From contig OZ242005.1 of assembly GCA_965204725.1 (NCBI GenBank), positions 3,616,001 through 3,680,000 on the forward strand: a stretch of 64,000 nt of DNA, in the 5' to 3' direction. The position numbers were made by a program, and so were the translations under genes. Of this stretch, positions 10,265 through 20,744 are shown piece by piece (position 1 is the stretch's first letter; every line of letters begins with the position of its first letter). Below the pieces are notes generated by a model. The model saw nothing but the letters and a program-made list of their open reading frames with translations. It had not been told where the DNA came from and ran no database searches. Source of the DNA: Candidatus Latescibacterota bacterium (GTDB taxonomy: Bacteria; Latescibacterota; UBA2968; UBA8231).

Positions 10265-10953
10265 GTCGAGCCGCCTTCCATCTGCAATACACCTGCTTCT
10301 ATGCGCCCCCGGCGATCCATGCTCTGGGCCAATTTGCGGTCGTGCGTCATCACCACAAAAGCCTGCCCGCGCTCCCGCGCCAACTCGGCGAGCAGTTGGT
10401 GCAAAGACTCGCTGGCCCGCTCGTCGAGATTGCCCGACGGCTCGTCGGCCAGCACGACCAAGGGCTGGGTAACGAGTGCTCGCACCATGGCCACCCGCTG
10501 GCACTCGCCGCCGGACAGCGACCCGGGCCGGTGATCCAAGCGGTCTGCTAGTCCGACGAAATCCATCAGTTCCAAGACCTCCTTGCGGCGATCGACGCCA
10601 GCGACCCGCGCCGGCAGTAAGACATTTTCCAACGCGGTAAATTCCGGCAGTAGGTAGTGAAACTGGAATACGAAGCCAATGTGCCGATTGCGAAAGCGCG
10701 ACAGGGCCTGATCGCCGAGATTGAGCACGTCGGTGCCAGCGATCTGCAACTGGCCGGCCGTCGGCCGGTCGAGCGTACCCAACAGGTGTAGCAAGGTGCT
10801 TTTGCCAACACCCGACTCGCCCATGACCGCGACCAATTCGCCCGCACGCACGGCTAAATCTACGCCTTTGAGAACCTCCAAGCCCTCGCCGCCGGTGTTG
10901 AATACCTTGCGCAAACCGTGCGCTTGGAGGATGATGTCGGCTTTTTGCACCAT
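10261..10953 (-). CDS. lolD: Lipoprotein-releasing ABC transporter ATPase LolD
   Basis: GESGVGKSTLL, GFVFQFHYLLPEFTALENV and ADEPSGNLD. Confidence 0.92.
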   Translation of the reverse strand: MVQKADIILQAHGLRKVFNTGGEGLEVLKGVDLAVRAGELVAVMGESGVGKSTLLHLLGTLDRPTAGQLQIAGTDVLNLGDQALSRFRNRHIGFVFQFHYLLPEFTALENVLLPARVAGVDRRKEVLELMDFVGLADRLDHRPGSLSGGECQRVAMVRALVTQPLVVLADEPSGNLDERASESLHQLLAELARERGQAFVVMTHDRKLAQSMDRRGRIEAGVLQMEGGST

Positions 10954-10959
10954 ATCACA

Positions 10960-12225
10960 TCACATTATATATCGAATCGCTTCTACCGGCATTAACCCAG
11001 CGGCCTTGCGCGCCGGATAAATCGACGTCGCCAAGCAGATGACCATGCTGATTGCCGCGACCAGTGCGAAATCCACAACATTCATATCCACGGGCAACGA
11101 GCTGATGAAATACATGTCCCCGGGAATGGAAATTAGGGCAAAGTGTTGTTGGGCCAAGCAGAGCGCGAAGCCGATCAAGCAGCCCAATAGAGTACCGATG
11201 CCGCCAATGACCAAGCCCTGATAAATAAAAATGCGATAAATCTCGCCCACTGTGCAACCTATCGTCCGCAAGATGCCGATCTCGGGCGTCTTGATCAGCA
11301 CCGACATGACCAAGATCGACATGATATTAAAGGCCGCGACCAGCACGATGAGGCTCAGCGCGAGGAAAATTGCCCATTTTTCCAACTCGATCCAGCGGAA
11401 GAACTCGGGAAAAAGCTGGGTCCAATCGCGCACTTGGTAGGGATAGCCCAGCTCCTCGGCTAGGAGGTCGCGGATCTCAGGTGCTTGGTAGATGTCTTCG
11501 ACGCGGATGTGAATATCGGTAATCGCATCGCCCAATTCGAGCATGCGCTGGGCGTCTTCCAAAAGAATAAAAGCATAGTTGTCGTCGTACTGGTACATGC
11601 CGCTTTTGAAGTGATCGGTCACGAAAAAGGACCAAGGACGCGGTGAGAAGCCATCCATCACGGCTGCTTCCACATCGAGATTTTGCACCGTCATCAGCAA
11701 CACCTCAGAACCCGGCCCCACGTGCAAGCGCCGCGCCAAGTACTCGCCGAGGACAATCCCCCGCTTATTTAGCTCGGCGAGCAAGCCGAGGCGCAGTTGC
11801 CCTTTTGGATCGGCGTAGCGCAGGTGTTCGGTTAGGTCGGAGACTTCGCGAAAAGTCGCCGGATCAATGCCCCACACCGGAATGCCATCGACCCGGCCCA
11901 AGTCGAGCTGCGAGGCAATGATGACCTTGGAATCCACGACCGGGGCCGCGCCCACGACCCCGACCGCCCCTTTCACCTGTTGCAGCAGCGCGTCCCAGCC
12001 CGCGATGGGGCCGCCGTCGAAGCGGCGAACATTGACGTGGGCGTTCATGCCGATCAGCCGATTTTTGACTTCGCCGGCAAAACCATTGGTCACCGACAGG
12101 ATGATCACCAAAGCCGCGACCCCCAAAATAACCCCACCGACCGCCATATAGGCGATGACGGAGAAGAAGCCGGTGCGCTGCTTGGAGCGCAGGTAGCGGC
12201 CGGCGACGAACAAGGCAATGCTCAC
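10960..12225 (-). CDS. lolE: Lipoprotein-releasing ABC transporter permease LolC/E
   Basis: FVAGRYLRSK, LSVTNGF and VAAFNI...EIGILRTIG. GTG start overlaps the prfB stop. Confidence 0.9.
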   Translation of the reverse strand: MSIALFVAGRYLRSKQRTGFFSVIAYMAVGGVILGVAALVIILSVTNGFAGEVKNRLIGMNAHVNVRRFDGGPIAGWDALLQQVKGAVGVVGAAPVVDSKVIIASQLDLGRVDGIPVWGIDPATFREVSDLTEHLRYADPKGQLRLGLLAELNKRGIVLGEYLARRLHVGPGSEVLLMTVQNLDVEAAVMDGFSPRPWSFFVTDHFKSGMYQYDDNYAFILLEDAQRMLELGDAITDIHIRVEDIYQAPEIRDLLAEELGYPYQVRDWTQLFPEFFRWIELEKWAIFLALSLIVLVAAFNIMSILVMSVLIKTPEIGILRTIGCTVGEIYRIFIYQGLVIGGIGTLLGCLIGFALCLAQQHFALISIPGDMYFISSLPVDMNVVDFALVAAISMVICLATSIYPARKAAGLMPVEAIRYIM

Positions 12226-13317
12226 GGCTGGCCCTCGGTCCAATAGGCCCGGATGAATCGGTCGATGTCTCCGTCCATTACCGCTTGGGCATTGGCCGTT
12301 TCGCAAGCGGTGCGGTGGTCCTTGACTATGGTGTAGGGATGGAACACGTAGGAGCGGATCTGCGAGCCGAAGTCAATGCTCTTTTTAGTGCTCTCCACCG
12401 CGAGCTGCTTCTGCTTCTGTTCGTTTTTGAAGTACTGGTACAGGCGCGACTTCAGCACCTTAAACGCAGTGGCCTTGTTCTTGAACTGCGAGCGCTCGTT
12501 TTGGCATTGGACGACAATGCCGGTGGGCCGATGCGTGACTCGCACGGCCGAGGCGGTTTTGTTCACGTGTTGGCCGCCCGCGCCCCCGGAGCGGTAGGTT
12601 TCGACCTTCACGTCCTCGTCGTTGAGCTCCACCTCGATATCGTCTTCGATTTCTGGATAGACAAACACCGAAGCAAACGAAGTATGCCGGCGGCGACTGG
12701 TGTCAAAAGGCGAGAGCCGCACCAAGCGATGGACGCCGGCCTCGGCCTTGAGGTAGCCATAGGCATAATCCCCCTTAACCTCAATGGTCGCGCCCTTGAT
12801 GCCCGCTTCCTCGGCCTGCTGTAGCTCTACAACCGCGCACTCCATGTCGTGGCGCTCGGCCCAGCGCATGTACAGGCGCATCAACATCGACGCCCATTCG
12901 GCCGCGTCTGTGCCCCCGGCCCCCGAGTGAATGACGAGAATCGCGTTCTTGGGGTCGTCCTCGTCGTTGAGCATCGTGCGGAACTCCAATTCGCCAATGC
13001 CCTGCATGGCGGCCTCGACCTCGGCCTCGACCTCCGTCAGGGCCTCGGCGTCGTCCTCTTCGGCCGCCATCTGATGCAGTTGGTCCAAGTCCTCCAACTG
13101 CGCGTTCAAGGACTCCCAATCCGCAATGGTGTCTCTGAGGATGCGCACTGTTTTGCCGACCGATTCGGCCTGCCGCCGGTCGTTCCAAAAGCCCGCGGCC
13201 GCCATGCGCTTTTCCAGGGCGGCCAGCTCTTCCTGCTTACCGCTTATGTCAAAGATACCCTCGCAGCCGCTCTAGTTGCTGCTGCCCGCTCGCCAACTGT
13301 TCCTCAATCGTGGCCAT
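12222..13317 (-). CDS. prfB: Peptide chain release factor 2, with a programmed +1 frameshift at about 13249-13254
   Basis: SPF and GGQ motifs. The N-terminal frame MATIEEQLASGQQQLERLRGYL ends at GAGGG-TAT-CTT-TGA-C, the canonical RF2 shift site, and continues +1 into the 327-aa ORF. Confidence 0.96.
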
Positions 13318-13837
13318 GGTCGTCTTCCTCGGTTTCGTTATCGTTATAGCGATCAAAAAGGAGGCTGTCGTGCGTGTTCTCAGCCGGTATTTCAAAGAGT
13401 AAGTCCCCCTCGTAAACCGCGCCGCGCGCTCCTTTGAGCTCGTCGCTGTGGGCAATGAAAAATGGCGATCGCGATCGCGGATAATACCGCTGGCCGCGGT
13501 CATCAACGAGTTGAAAACACCGCGGCACAATCGCCCAAGCGAGTTGTAGGTTCACCTGCAAGCGCACGTTGATGAGTACGAATTTGTGCCCCTCGTCGGG
13601 CGCGCCGTGAAAAAAGTACATATAGCGCACCCCGTCGGGCGGCACCGTCAGCGCAACTTGGTTGTTGATGTTGGCGAACAAGTCGGTCAGGTTTTCGAGC
13701 TTGTCCGCCGATTCGCCCGTCAGGCTCACCCCGATGTAAATCGGCACGAACAGGGTTACGCCGCCCAAAATGACGCGGTTGAGCAGCCGCATGCGTCTGT
13801 TAAACTGCTTCTTGCGCTCGCTTGCTGAAATCACCAC
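13304..13837 (-). CDS. Membrane-anchored protein with a DUF4352-like Ig domain
   Basis: N-terminal TM helix; FVLINVRL...FQLVDDRGQRY...GDLLFEIP pattern. Confidence 0.6.
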   Translation of the reverse strand: MVISASERKKQFNRRMRLLNRVILGGVTLFVPIYIGVSLTGESADKLENLTDLFANINNQVALTVPPDGVRYMYFFHGAPDEGHKFVLINVRLQVNLQLAWAIVPRCFQLVDDRGQRYYPRSRSPFFIAHSDELKGARGAVYEGDLLFEIPAENTHDSLLFDRYNDNETEEDDHGHD

Positions 13838-13859
13838 GGCGTTTTCCCAGAACCCACCC

Positions 13860-15527
13860 CTAGCGTACTAGGGCAATTTTGCCCAAGTGCCGGCGGTTGG
13901 GCAACCGCAGTTTGTAGAAGTATATCCCGCTGGCTATAGCCGCACCCGGCGTCCAGCGCGGTGCCCGGCCCGGCTGGTCGTGGTGCCCCGGCCACAGCAG
14001 CCAACGCTCGGAAAATACCAACCGACCCGCCACGTCAAAAACCGTCAGCTCGACCGGGCCGCGCTCGGCCAACTGCACCGGAAAATGCACCGACCCGCCC
14101 CGCGCTGGATTGGGAAAGGGGGCCAACAGCCGGTCCTCCCCCGGCAGGTCCTCGGACAGACCACTAGCCGCCAGCGCGTTTATCTGCCCCCAGCCATACA
14201 CTGTGTCGGGACCGGCCGCGCCCAAGTCCAGCGCGGTTGAGCGCAAAGCCTCCAGCACTTGGTGCGGCGTCCATTCGGGGTGGGCTTGCAACAACAGGGC
14301 ACACACCCCGCTCACCAAGGGGGCCGCAAAGGAAGTGCCGCTCTGGCCCACATAGCCGCCGCGCCGCGGGTCCGCTACTACGACGCCGCGGCCGGGCGCG
14401 ACCACATCCGGCTTAATGCGGCCATCGGCCGTCGGCCCCCGCGAGCTAAAGGCGGCAATCTGCGGCCAGCGCTCGCCACGGCCGGGCACATCAACCGCCC
14501 CTACCGCAATCGCGCCATTCGCATCGGCCGGCGCCGTTATGTAGTGCCAATCTCGGTCGGCCTCATTGCCGGCGGCCACCACCACGACGATGCCGCGCCG
14601 CACCGCCAGCGCCGCGGCCACGCTCGTCAGCGCGGTTGCCCCGTCCAGATCCGCTGGCGAGTAGCCAGTGCCGTCGTCCCACCGATTGTACCCCAACGAG
14701 CTGTTGACCACCTGCGCCCCCAAGCTGTCCGCCCATTCCAAGCCGGCGATCCAGCGATCTTCCTCCGCGGGCAACTCGGGCAAGGTGTCGTCTAGTTCGG
14801 TCTTGGCCAGAATGTACTCGGCGTCGGGTGCCACGCCGACGAAGTGGTCGGGGTGGTTGCCGGCCAGCAGGGAAAGGACTTGCGCGCCATGCAGGTTTTG
14901 GCTGCCGCTCATTTCGTCGCCTGTGATGGGTTGATTGGCCTCGTCGCCGACGACTCCGTCGCCATTGACAAAGTCGCGCTGGGCCACCACGCGCATTGAG
15001 TCGAAGGCTGCGTGCTCGGCGTAGTGAAAGCCGTTGTCGAGCAAGGCTATATGCACCCCAGCACCGGTAAAACCTCGGTCGTGGAGGAGGGGAACGGCGA
15101 TTTGGGCCAACGGCTCCAAGGCGAGGCCATAACGGCTTTGGAGCAACTTGGGGCTGGCAAGCGGCGCCGGCGGCGGTGGGCTGGGCCGCTGCAAGCGCTG
15201 CACGGGCCGCGTTGCAACGACAAAGTCCGCGGCTTGCACTCGGCGCTGCACCTCGGGCGAGACGCGCGCACTAACGGCGTTGAGCCAACGCGAGGAAAAG
15301 CGCACGGCCACCTCCATCTCCCGCAGGCGTTCGATATAGCCCGCGCTGACGGGCAGGTCTAGCTCTGCGTCCGAATGACCGGCCCCCAAATCCGTCCAAG
15401 CGACGCGCTGTCCATTGGCGTCTGTTTTGTCGCGCAACAGAATCCAGATATTCTGATCCGCTGCGACCGCCAAGGCCCCCGCGTGCATCAGCAGGGCCGC
15501 GCACCCCCACCGCAGCCCCTTATTCAA
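13860..15527 (-). CDS. Secreted S8 (subtilisin-like) serine peptidase with a FlgD/T9SS-like C-terminal domain
   Basis: Catalytic triad motifs ALLDNG, HGAQV and SGTSFAAP, plus AAGNE. C-terminus PFPNP...VFDVAGRLV...ASGIYFYKL...KIALVR. Confidence 0.9.
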   Translation of the reverse strand: MNKGLRWGCAALLMHAGALAVAADQNIWILLRDKTDANGQRVAWTDLGAGHSDAELDLPVSAGYIERLREMEVAVRFSSRWLNAVSARVSPEVQRRVQAADFVVATRPVQRLQRPSPPPPAPLASPKLLQSRYGLALEPLAQIAVPLLHDRGFTGAGVHIALLDNGFHYAEHAAFDSMRVVAQRDFVNGDGVVGDEANQPITGDEMSGSQNLHGAQVLSLLAGNHPDHFVGVAPDAEYILAKTELDDTLPELPAEEDRWIAGLEWADSLGAQVVNSSLGYNRWDDGTGYSPADLDGATALTSVAAALAVRRGIVVVVAAGNEADRDWHYITAPADANGAIAVGAVDVPGRGERWPQIAAFSSRGPTADGRIKPDVVAPGRGVVVADPRRGGYVGQSGTSFAAPLVSGVCALLLQAHPEWTPHQVLEALRSTALDLGAAGPDTVYGWGQINALAASGLSEDLPGEDRLLAPFPNPARGGSVHFPVQLAERGPVELTVFDVAGRLVFSERWLLWPGHHDQPGRAPRWTPGAAIASGIYFYKLRLPNRRHLGKIALVR

Positions 15528-16164
15528 CGGGGGGTTCCCTCGTGTCTAGCACCTCCACCCCTTCGGGGACCTGAAAGGAAAAGACCTCGTCGGCTATCTT
15601 CTTGTTGACGCGGTGATCCCTGAGCACGTACGCGGTGCGATTGCCATTGGCCTCGCGCTTCTCCACTTGCAGGAGAAACCACCTCCTCGGCTCCACCCAG
15701 ACCCGCATCTGTTCGACCGCTGAGGCTTTGTTTTCCGGGGCCATGATCAGCAAATAGCAGGGCCATCCCCCCAACGCGCTTTCCTCCACCGCAATGGACA
15801 CATAGCGCTCTGTATAGTCGAAAAACACCTGCCAAGGGGTCTTTACTTCGGCTTCGTAGGGGCTGATGACCACTTGGCCGTTATGCACGACATAGGACCA
15901 CACGGCCTCGCCATCGGCCACGACCACATCGCCGCCTTCCAGCTCGATGCGAAAGCGGTTCGGGCGGCGCAAATAGATTCGGCCCTCGCGGCTGCGGTAC
16001 TTGTCGAGCACCGCCCAGTAGAATTGCTTTTCAAAGCGGGCGGAAAACGTCTTGTAGCTAGAAAGACGTTTTTGCACCCTAGCGATGATTTCTTCGCCGC
16101 TCTGCCCGAGGGCCGCGCTGGCCGTCAGGCCCAAACAAAAAGCGGCCCACAACAACAATCTCAT
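15520..16164 (-). CDS. lolA: Outer membrane lipoprotein carrier LolA
   Basis: Signal peptide; FSARFEK...RRPNRFRIE...VVADGEAVW and FSFQVPEGVEV; follows ftsK. Confidence 0.88.
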   Translation of the reverse strand: MRLLLWAAFCLGLTASAALGQSGEEIIARVQKRLSSYKTFSARFEKQFYWAVLDKYRSREGRIYLRRPNRFRIELEGGDVVVADGEAVWSYVVHNGQVVISPYEAEVKTPWQVFFDYTERYVSIAVEESALGGWPCYLLIMAPENKASAVEQMRVWVEPRRWFLLQVEKREANGNRTAYVLRDHRVNKKIADEVFSFQVPEGVEVLDTREPPVE

Positions 16165-16174
16165 CCGTTCCCCT

Positions 16175-18496
16175 TTAGGCGTCAGACGCTTCTGCGTCCT
16201 CCGCACTTTCGACCAAAATCTGGCGCGGCTTAGCCCCCTCGATCGGCCCGACGATACCGGCGGCCTCCAACTCGTCCATCAGACGCGCGGCCCGGGAGTA
16301 CCCAACCTTCAAGCGCCGCTGCAAAAACGACGTGGAAGCCTGCTGGTGTTCGCAGACTAAGCGCACGGCCTCGTCAAAGAGGTCGTCGCGCATATTGGCA
16401 TCCGCGTTAATATCCGCCTGCTCGGAAAACACCGCAACTTCCTCGGCCTCGTACTGGTTCTCCTTCAATGCCCCAACCAAGCGCTCGGTTTCCTCGCCCG
16501 AAATAAAGGCCCCGTGGACGCGGATTGGCTCGCCTTGGCCGCTCGGCAGAAAGAGCATATCGCCCATCCCCAAAAGCCGCTCGGCCCCATTGAGATCGAG
16601 AATAGTGCGCGAGTCCGTCTTCGACGCCACTTGGAAGGCAATGCGCGAAGGAAAGTTGGCCTTGATTACCCCGGTGATCACGTTCACCGAAGGCCGCTGG
16701 GTCGCCAAGATGATGTGAATGCCCACGGCCCGCGACTTCTGCGCCAAACCCATCAGGGAGGTCTCCACATCGGCCGGGGCCGTCAGCATCAAATCGGCGA
16801 ATTCGTCAATTATTATCACAATGTACGCCAGCGGCTTTTCAGGCTCGACGCCGGCTTCTTCGGCCTCGACCTCGCCCTCGGCTTGGGCGCGCACCAGCTT
16901 GGCATTGTAGTCGGACAGGCTCCGCACTCCGAGCTTGGCCAGCTTCTGGTAGCGAGATTCCATTTCGGCCACGGCCCACTTCAGGGCCTGCGCCGCCTTC
17001 TTAGGCTCGGTGATGACCGGCACCAGCAAGTGCGGTATATCATTGTACATGGTCAACTCGACGACCTTGGGATCAACCATGATAAAGCGCACTTCGTCGG
17101 GCGTGGCCTTGAAGAGAATGCTGCAAATCAGGCTGTTTAGGCACACGCTCTTGCCGGCTCCGGTGGCACCGGCGACCAACAGATGGGGCATTTTGGTCAA
17201 ATCTGCGGCACACGGCTCGCCCGCAATCGTCTTGCCCAACGCCATGACCAGCTTAGAATCCGACCGGCTGAACACCTCGTCTTCAATGATCTCGCGCAAG
17301 TACACGGTCTCCCGCTCCTGATTGGCAATCTCCACCCCCACCACGGATTTCCCCGGCACCGGGGCTTGAATGCGAATGCCCTTCGCGCTCATCACGCGCG
17401 CGAGATCGTCTGAGAGCGCGGCGATGCGATTGACCTTGACGCCCGGGGCGGGCTCCACCTCGTAGCGCGTCACTACCGGCCCAGGGCTGACCTCTACGAC
17501 CTTGCCAACCACGTCGAAGTTTTCCAAAGCATCCTCTAGCAGCTTGGCGTTTTCCAGCAAGGTCTCCTTAGAAATCTGGTTGCGGTCGGCCGGCACTTCC
17601 TCTAGCAACGCAATGCTCGGGTGCTGGTAGCGCGCCCCGGCCGGCTTGCAGACAGGCTCAACCTGCTCGGGTTGGGGCACCGGCTCGGGCGCGACCGCAT
17701 CTTCAACCGCCGATTTCTTTTTCTTCTTCTTTTTGCGCTCTCGTCGCTCAACGCGCACCGGCTCGGGCTCCCGAGGCTCGGCTGCGGGGGCCTCTTCAAC
17801 CATTGGCTTCCAAGACGCACCAGCTGCATCCTCAACCTGAGGTTGCGGGCTAATCTCAGACCGCGTTTCTCGCACCATGGCTACTTCGTTTGCCGCTTTA
17901 CTCTTGGGCCTAGCCCGGCGGGGGAGGCGCAGACGCCCGAGCCATTGCCAACCAGCCGCCACGCCCGCGCCCAGCCATGCCAGCAGCCGCCAGTTGAGGC
18001 CGGGAGTCAAAATCATCGCAACCGCAAAGAGCGCGCTCAGCAACACGGCCGACCCCAGCCTGCCTAGGTAGGGTATGAGCAATTCCAAACTAATCTGGGT
18101 CCCCAGTACGCCGCCCAGTGCGTAGGCCGTGTGCGGCGAATAGTCGGGCAGGCCCGTAGCGACGCTGATGAAGACGGCCATAAACAAAAGACCCACACTG
18201 CGATGGATCGCAAAAGCCACTGGCTGGGAACGCACCCTATTCCAACCCCAGAGCAATAACAGCATGGGCCAGACGTACGCGGCCAAGCCCATGCCGGCAA
18301 AGGCCCCATAGGATGTGTACGCACCGATCCAGCCGCCCCAATTCAAACTCTCGGCCACCGACCGACTCGAATTGGGAGGATCAAGCGGCGAGTGGGACAG
18401 CAAACAGACGAGCAAAAACGCGCCGAGGCCGAGGAAGAGCACCCCTAAAACTTGGGGCCTTTTCTCGCCTTTGGGCATGAGCACAAACTCGGACAT
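16175..18496 (-). CDS. ftsK: DNA translocase FtsK
   Basis: 4TM N-terminus, MPHLLVAGATGAGKS, IIDEFADLM, LATQRPSV and a gamma domain (LQRRLKVGYSRAAR). Confidence 0.97.
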   Translation of the reverse strand: MSEFVLMPKGEKRPQVLGVLFLGLGAFLLVCLLSHSPLDPPNSSRSVAESLNWGGWIGAYTSYGAFAGMGLAAYVWPMLLLLWGWNRVRSQPVAFAIHRSVGLLFMAVFISVATGLPDYSPHTAYALGGVLGTQISLELLIPYLGRLGSAVLLSALFAVAMILTPGLNWRLLAWLGAGVAAGWQWLGRLRLPRRARPKSKAANEVAMVRETRSEISPQPQVEDAAGASWKPMVEEAPAAEPREPEPVRVERRERKKKKKKKSAVEDAVAPEPVPQPEQVEPVCKPAGARYQHPSIALLEEVPADRNQISKETLLENAKLLEDALENFDVVGKVVEVSPGPVVTRYEVEPAPGVKVNRIAALSDDLARVMSAKGIRIQAPVPGKSVVGVEIANQERETVYLREIIEDEVFSRSDSKLVMALGKTIAGEPCAADLTKMPHLLVAGATGAGKSVCLNSLICSILFKATPDEVRFIMVDPKVVELTMYNDIPHLLVPVITEPKKAAQALKWAVAEMESRYQKLAKLGVRSLSDYNAKLVRAQAEGEVEAEEAGVEPEKPLAYIVIIIDEFADLMLTAPADVETSLMGLAQKSRAVGIHIILATQRPSVNVITGVIKANFPSRIAFQVASKTDSRTILDLNGAERLLGMGDMLFLPSGQGEPIRVHGAFISGEETERLVGALKENQYEAEEVAVFSEQADINADANMRDDLFDEAVRLVCEHQQASTSFLQRRLKVGYSRAARLMDELEAAGIVGPIEGAKPRQILVESAEDAEASDA

Positions 18497-18605
18497 AGAG
18501 CCACAGACTCCGCTAGTACATGTTGAGAAGCGATCAATCGGATGGGATTGGAGAGGGGATGCACTAAAATAAACAAAAACGCGATTTTTTGCACCTTGCG
18601 GCGCG

Positions 18606-20744
18606 TCAGATCATGCCGTTGCGCTTGCGGCCAAACCACTCGGCGGCCAACAGGGCGACAGCCAAAAGCGCGGGCCACAGCGGCCCCCACAGCGGCAGAA
18701 CCTCGGCCTTCTCGACCCAGCGCTGGCGCGGCGCGAGCTCCTCCAGCATGTCCTCCCAATCTACGAGCGGATAGGCACGGCCACCGCTGGCGCGGGCCAA
18801 CTCGCCCAAGAGCAACCGATCGGCGTGTAAATCCCCCAGCTCAATGCTATACGCTTCGACGACAAAGCGGCCCGTAACCGCGCCCACGGCGGCTTGATCC
18901 ACGGCGGCCCGGACCTCGTATTCATAGGTGCCGGGGGCCAGCCCACTAGCGACGCCTCGGTAGTGACCGGCCCCTTGGGATTGCAGGTCAAACGCTTCCC
19001 GCCCGGCCAGCGCGACCTGCACCGTCGCCCCCGGCTGCGGTCTCAGCAACTCGTCGAAGACCTGCACCGCGAAAACCACTTCCTCGCCCGCTCGGTACAC
19101 GGGCCGCTCGGTCGCGGCGCGGACCCGGCCGCTCGGAGCACTGAGCGCGAGCCACTTGGCCGCGGCCCGCCAGAACGTCCGAATGGTCTGCGGCTGACCA
19201 TCAACGCCGCTGCTCATCAAGTCGAGCCGCCAAAAAGACGTGGACAGGGCCGCAATGACCTTGCCCTCGCGGTATGCGCCCGCAGCTATGACCGGCTGGC
19301 CGGCCGTGCTCTCGACGAGCACGGTGGTCCCCGGCCGCTGCTGAGACGTGCGAAAGTAGCCCGGCAGCGGCGGCAACCTCAGCCACAAATCGTCCGCGCT
19401 CACCGGCTGGCGCACGACCGGATGGCGGCGGCCGGCCGCGCTGAGCCTCAACAAGACCTCGCCCGATACGAAGGGCGCGGGGCCAGCCACTTGCAGCGGC
19501 ATGAGGGCGGCTAGCGGCGAGTCGGGCCGCCAAGCCCGCGCCATCTTGGGGCCACCGACGACGAGCAAACCCGCGCCCGCCTGCACGTGCTGGACCAACG
19601 CGGTGGCGGGCGGGCCGTTGAGCAGCCACGCGCCCGGATTGACCAGCGCCACCACGTCCCTCCCCTGTAAAACAGCCGGATTCCACGCCCCTCCGTAGAA
19701 CGAGCTTGGCTCCCGCTGGATCAGGGCCTCAACGACCCAGCTCGAATCCGCGCTTAAACTGCGGCGCAGAAAGGCCAGATCCTCGCTGGGGCCTCCGGCC
19801 AGCAGCAGCACCCGGGTGCGCCCGGCGAGAATGTGGGTAGCCGCGAGCGCTTCGTTGTCAGCCGTCGCGAACTCCCCGGGCACGGGCGCGACGACGACGC
19901 GGAAAATGCGCGGGCCGGCCTGCTGAGGGGTCACCGCAAACGAGACGCGCTGCACCTGCCCATCGCTCTCCAACAGTAGGGATTGTCTCTGAAGCAACCG
20001 CTCGCCCTCGTAGAGCTGGACTTCCACGCGCTGTCCCTCATAGCCCCAACTCCGCACCTTCGCGTCGATTTGCTGGCGTAGGCCGACGTATCCGGTCTCA
20101 GGGATATGCACATCTACGAGCTGGACATCGACGGGGACCTCCGCGCCCCCTACGCCGAGCGCGTACACCGGTACGCCCAGTTCCGCGCTTAGCTGCACCG
20201 GGTCGCGGCCCAAGTTGTGGCCTCCGTCGGAAAATAGGACCACGCCTTGCACGCGCTCCTGCTCGGCGACCGCCTCCAAGCTGGCAGCGAGGGCGCGGCC
20301 TATGTCGGTTGCCTGACCGCGCGTACTGGCGGCCGCGACCGTATCGAGCGCGAGCGGATACGCGGACTCGGCAAACCCCCAAGCGCGGACTTCGGCCTGC
20401 TGCAAGCGCTCCGACCAACGCTCGTCTTCTAGCACGGCCACAGCCTGTTGCAGGCGTGTGGAAGCCCCGGCCACCCTCATACTCGGGCTCGTATCGACTA
20501 ACACCAGCACCAGCGGCCGGATGACCCGCTGGTGCCACCACGTCAAAACCGGCTCGCACAACACGGTGACCAGCAAGGCCACGGCCGCGCCGCGCAACAC
20601 CACGAGCACCATGCGGTTCTTGGGCGCAACATCCGGGTACGTCCGCTGATATACCCAATAGACGAATGCGAGTAGGAAGGGCAGCAGGACGAGGAATGCG
20701 CGGGGTCCTGCTAGCTGGAGCTGGCTATCTGACCACTCAGACAC
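18606..20744 (-). CDS. Membrane-anchored vWA-domain protein with Ig-like and glutamine-amidotransferase-like domains
   Basis: N-terminal TM helices, MIDAS motif DTSPSM, TDIG, LFSDG and C-terminal LLAAEWFGRKRNG. Confidence 0.75.
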   Translation of the reverse strand: MSEWSDSQLQLAGPRAFLVLLPFLLAFVYWVYQRTYPDVAPKNRMVLVVLRGAAVALLVTVLCEPVLTWWHQRVIRPLVLVLVDTSPSMRVAGASTRLQQAVAVLEDERWSERLQQAEVRAWGFAESAYPLALDTVAAASTRGQATDIGRALAASLEAVAEQERVQGVVLFSDGGHNLGRDPVQLSAELGVPVYALGVGGAEVPVDVQLVDVHIPETGYVGLRQQIDAKVRSWGYEGQRVEVQLYEGERLLQRQSLLLESDGQVQRVSFAVTPQQAGPRIFRVVVAPVPGEFATADNEALAATHILAGRTRVLLLAGGPSEDLAFLRRSLSADSSWVVEALIQREPSSFYGGAWNPAVLQGRDVVALVNPGAWLLNGPPATALVQHVQAGAGLLVVGGPKMARAWRPDSPLAALMPLQVAGPAPFVSGEVLLRLSAAGRRHPVVRQPVSADDLWLRLPPLPGYFRTSQQRPGTTVLVESTAGQPVIAAGAYREGKVIAALSTSFWRLDLMSSGVDGQPQTIRTFWRAAAKWLALSAPSGRVRAATERPVYRAGEEVVFAVQVFDELLRPQPGATVQVALAGREAFDLQSQGAGHYRGVASGLAPGTYEYEVRAAVDQAAVGAVTGRFVVEAYSIELGDLHADRLLLGELARASGGRAYPLVDWEDMLEELAPRQRWVEKAEVLPLWGPLWPALLAVALLAAEWFGRKRNGMI

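Noticed and set aside
9752-10504. Long N-terminal extensions in the ORF track (mcsA, lolE, rdgB, katG, the 48360 SDR)
   Set aside because: They overlap upstream genes or repeats; downstream starts with an RBS or a stop-start overlap match the expected family lengths.
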